Below the pieces are notes generated by a model. That model was given only the letters and a program-made list of their open reading frames with translations, had not been told where the DNA came from and searched no databases. Shown one piece after another: positions 63,404-64,000 of a stretch of 64,000 nt of DNA; the first letter of the stretch is position 1, and each line of letters starts with the position of its first letter. The DNA is from Candidatus Latescibacterota bacterium (GTDB taxonomy: Bacteria; Latescibacterota; UBA2968; UBA8231): the NCBI GenBank assembly GCA_965243025.1, contig CBDETY010000003.1:128001-192000 (forward strand), in the 5' to 3' direction. The position numbers were made by a program, and so were the translations under genes.

Positions 63404-64000
63404 CCAACCTGATCGAAAAGATCGAGCGCCGGGAAGCGCGGCTGGCCGTCCTCGGCCTGGGCTACGTCGGTCTGCCGCTCTCCGTCGAGTTCGCGCGCGG
63501 CGGCATCCGCACCTCGGGCATCGACGTCGACCCGGAAAGGGCCTGCAGGGTCAACGCCGGCGATTCCTACGTGTCGGAGGTTGCCAGCGAGGAGCTCAAA
63601 CGGCTGGTCGACGCCGGGACGCTGTCGGCAGGCACCGATTTCAGCGTGCTGAAGGAGGTCGATTGCGTCTGCATCTGCGTTCCCACGCCGCTGAGCAAGA
63701 CCAAGGCCCCCGACATCTCCCACATCGTCTCGGCCTGCGAAGAGATCGCCCGCTACACCCACCCGGGCATGCTCGTTGTTCTCGAGAGCACGACCTATCC
63801 CGGTTCGACCGAGGAGCTGATTCTGCCGAGGCTGCGCGCGGACGGGGCGGTGCCGGGAGAGGATTTCTTTCTCGCCTTCTCGCCGGAACGCGTCGACCCG
63901 GGAAACCGGCGCTGGACTACCCGGAACACCCCCAAGGTTATCGGAGGACTGACGCCGCAGTGCACCGCCGCGGCGGCGGCGCTCTACAAGCACGCCGTCG
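63400..64000 (+). CDS. UDP-N-acetylhexosamine dehydrogenase (WbpA/TviB-like), truncated by window end
   Basis: Manual translation: LGLGYVGLPL, ICVPTP, ESTTYPGST, FSPERVDPG. Confidence 0.92.
   Translation, partial: MTNLIEKIERREARLAVLGLGYVGLPLSVEFARGGIRTSGIDVDPERACRVNAGDSYVSEVASEELKRLVDAGTLSAGTDFSVLKEVDCVCICVPTPLSKTKAPDISHIVSACEEIARYTHPGMLVVLESTTYPGSTEELILPRLRADGAVPGEDFFLAFSPERVDPGNRRWTTRNTPKVIGGLTPQCTAAAAALYKHAV

Overview
GC-rich bacterial window. Gene content (FlgD-Ig/T9SS-like C-terminal domains, DUF4159, UVR-domain proteins, futalosine pathway) suggests an FCB-type lineage such as Latescibacterota or Gemmatimonadota; this is inference. All family calls come from motif recognition and memory, with no searches run. 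Blocks: (1) 1-17.4 kb, minus strand: nitrogen-scavenging island with a NifA-like GAF-AAA-HTH activator, amtB-glnK-porin-glnA, ureD and a sigma54 operon of ABC transporter + guanidine hydrolase (GdmH-like) + CbiX/DUF362-like fusion + plant/fungal-like urease genes. A paired ACA-N4-TGT motif at exactly 30-bp spacing occurs at three promoters. (2) 18.5-28.2 kb: envelope operon (DUF4159, FlgD-domain, large acidic exported protein, TPR, lipoprotein). (3) 28.4-38.1 kb, the best candidate for an undescribed system: an EppA/FlaK-like A24 peptidase, two CxxC redoxins and a stand-alone AraC near a small 8-Cys secreted peptide with a pilin-like leader, which is flanked by three paralogous FG-GAP propeller proteins (two a recent, locally diversified tandem duplication). 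(4) LOG, PTS EIIA, NtrC-type two-component pair. (5) Futalosine menaquinone operon with an inserted YagF/YjhG dehydratase, followed by a candidate sigma54 sRNA with anti-SD loops. (6) Housekeeping/envelope genes and the start of a nucleotide-sugar cluster. No tRNA, rRNA, CRISPR array or transposase was seen.
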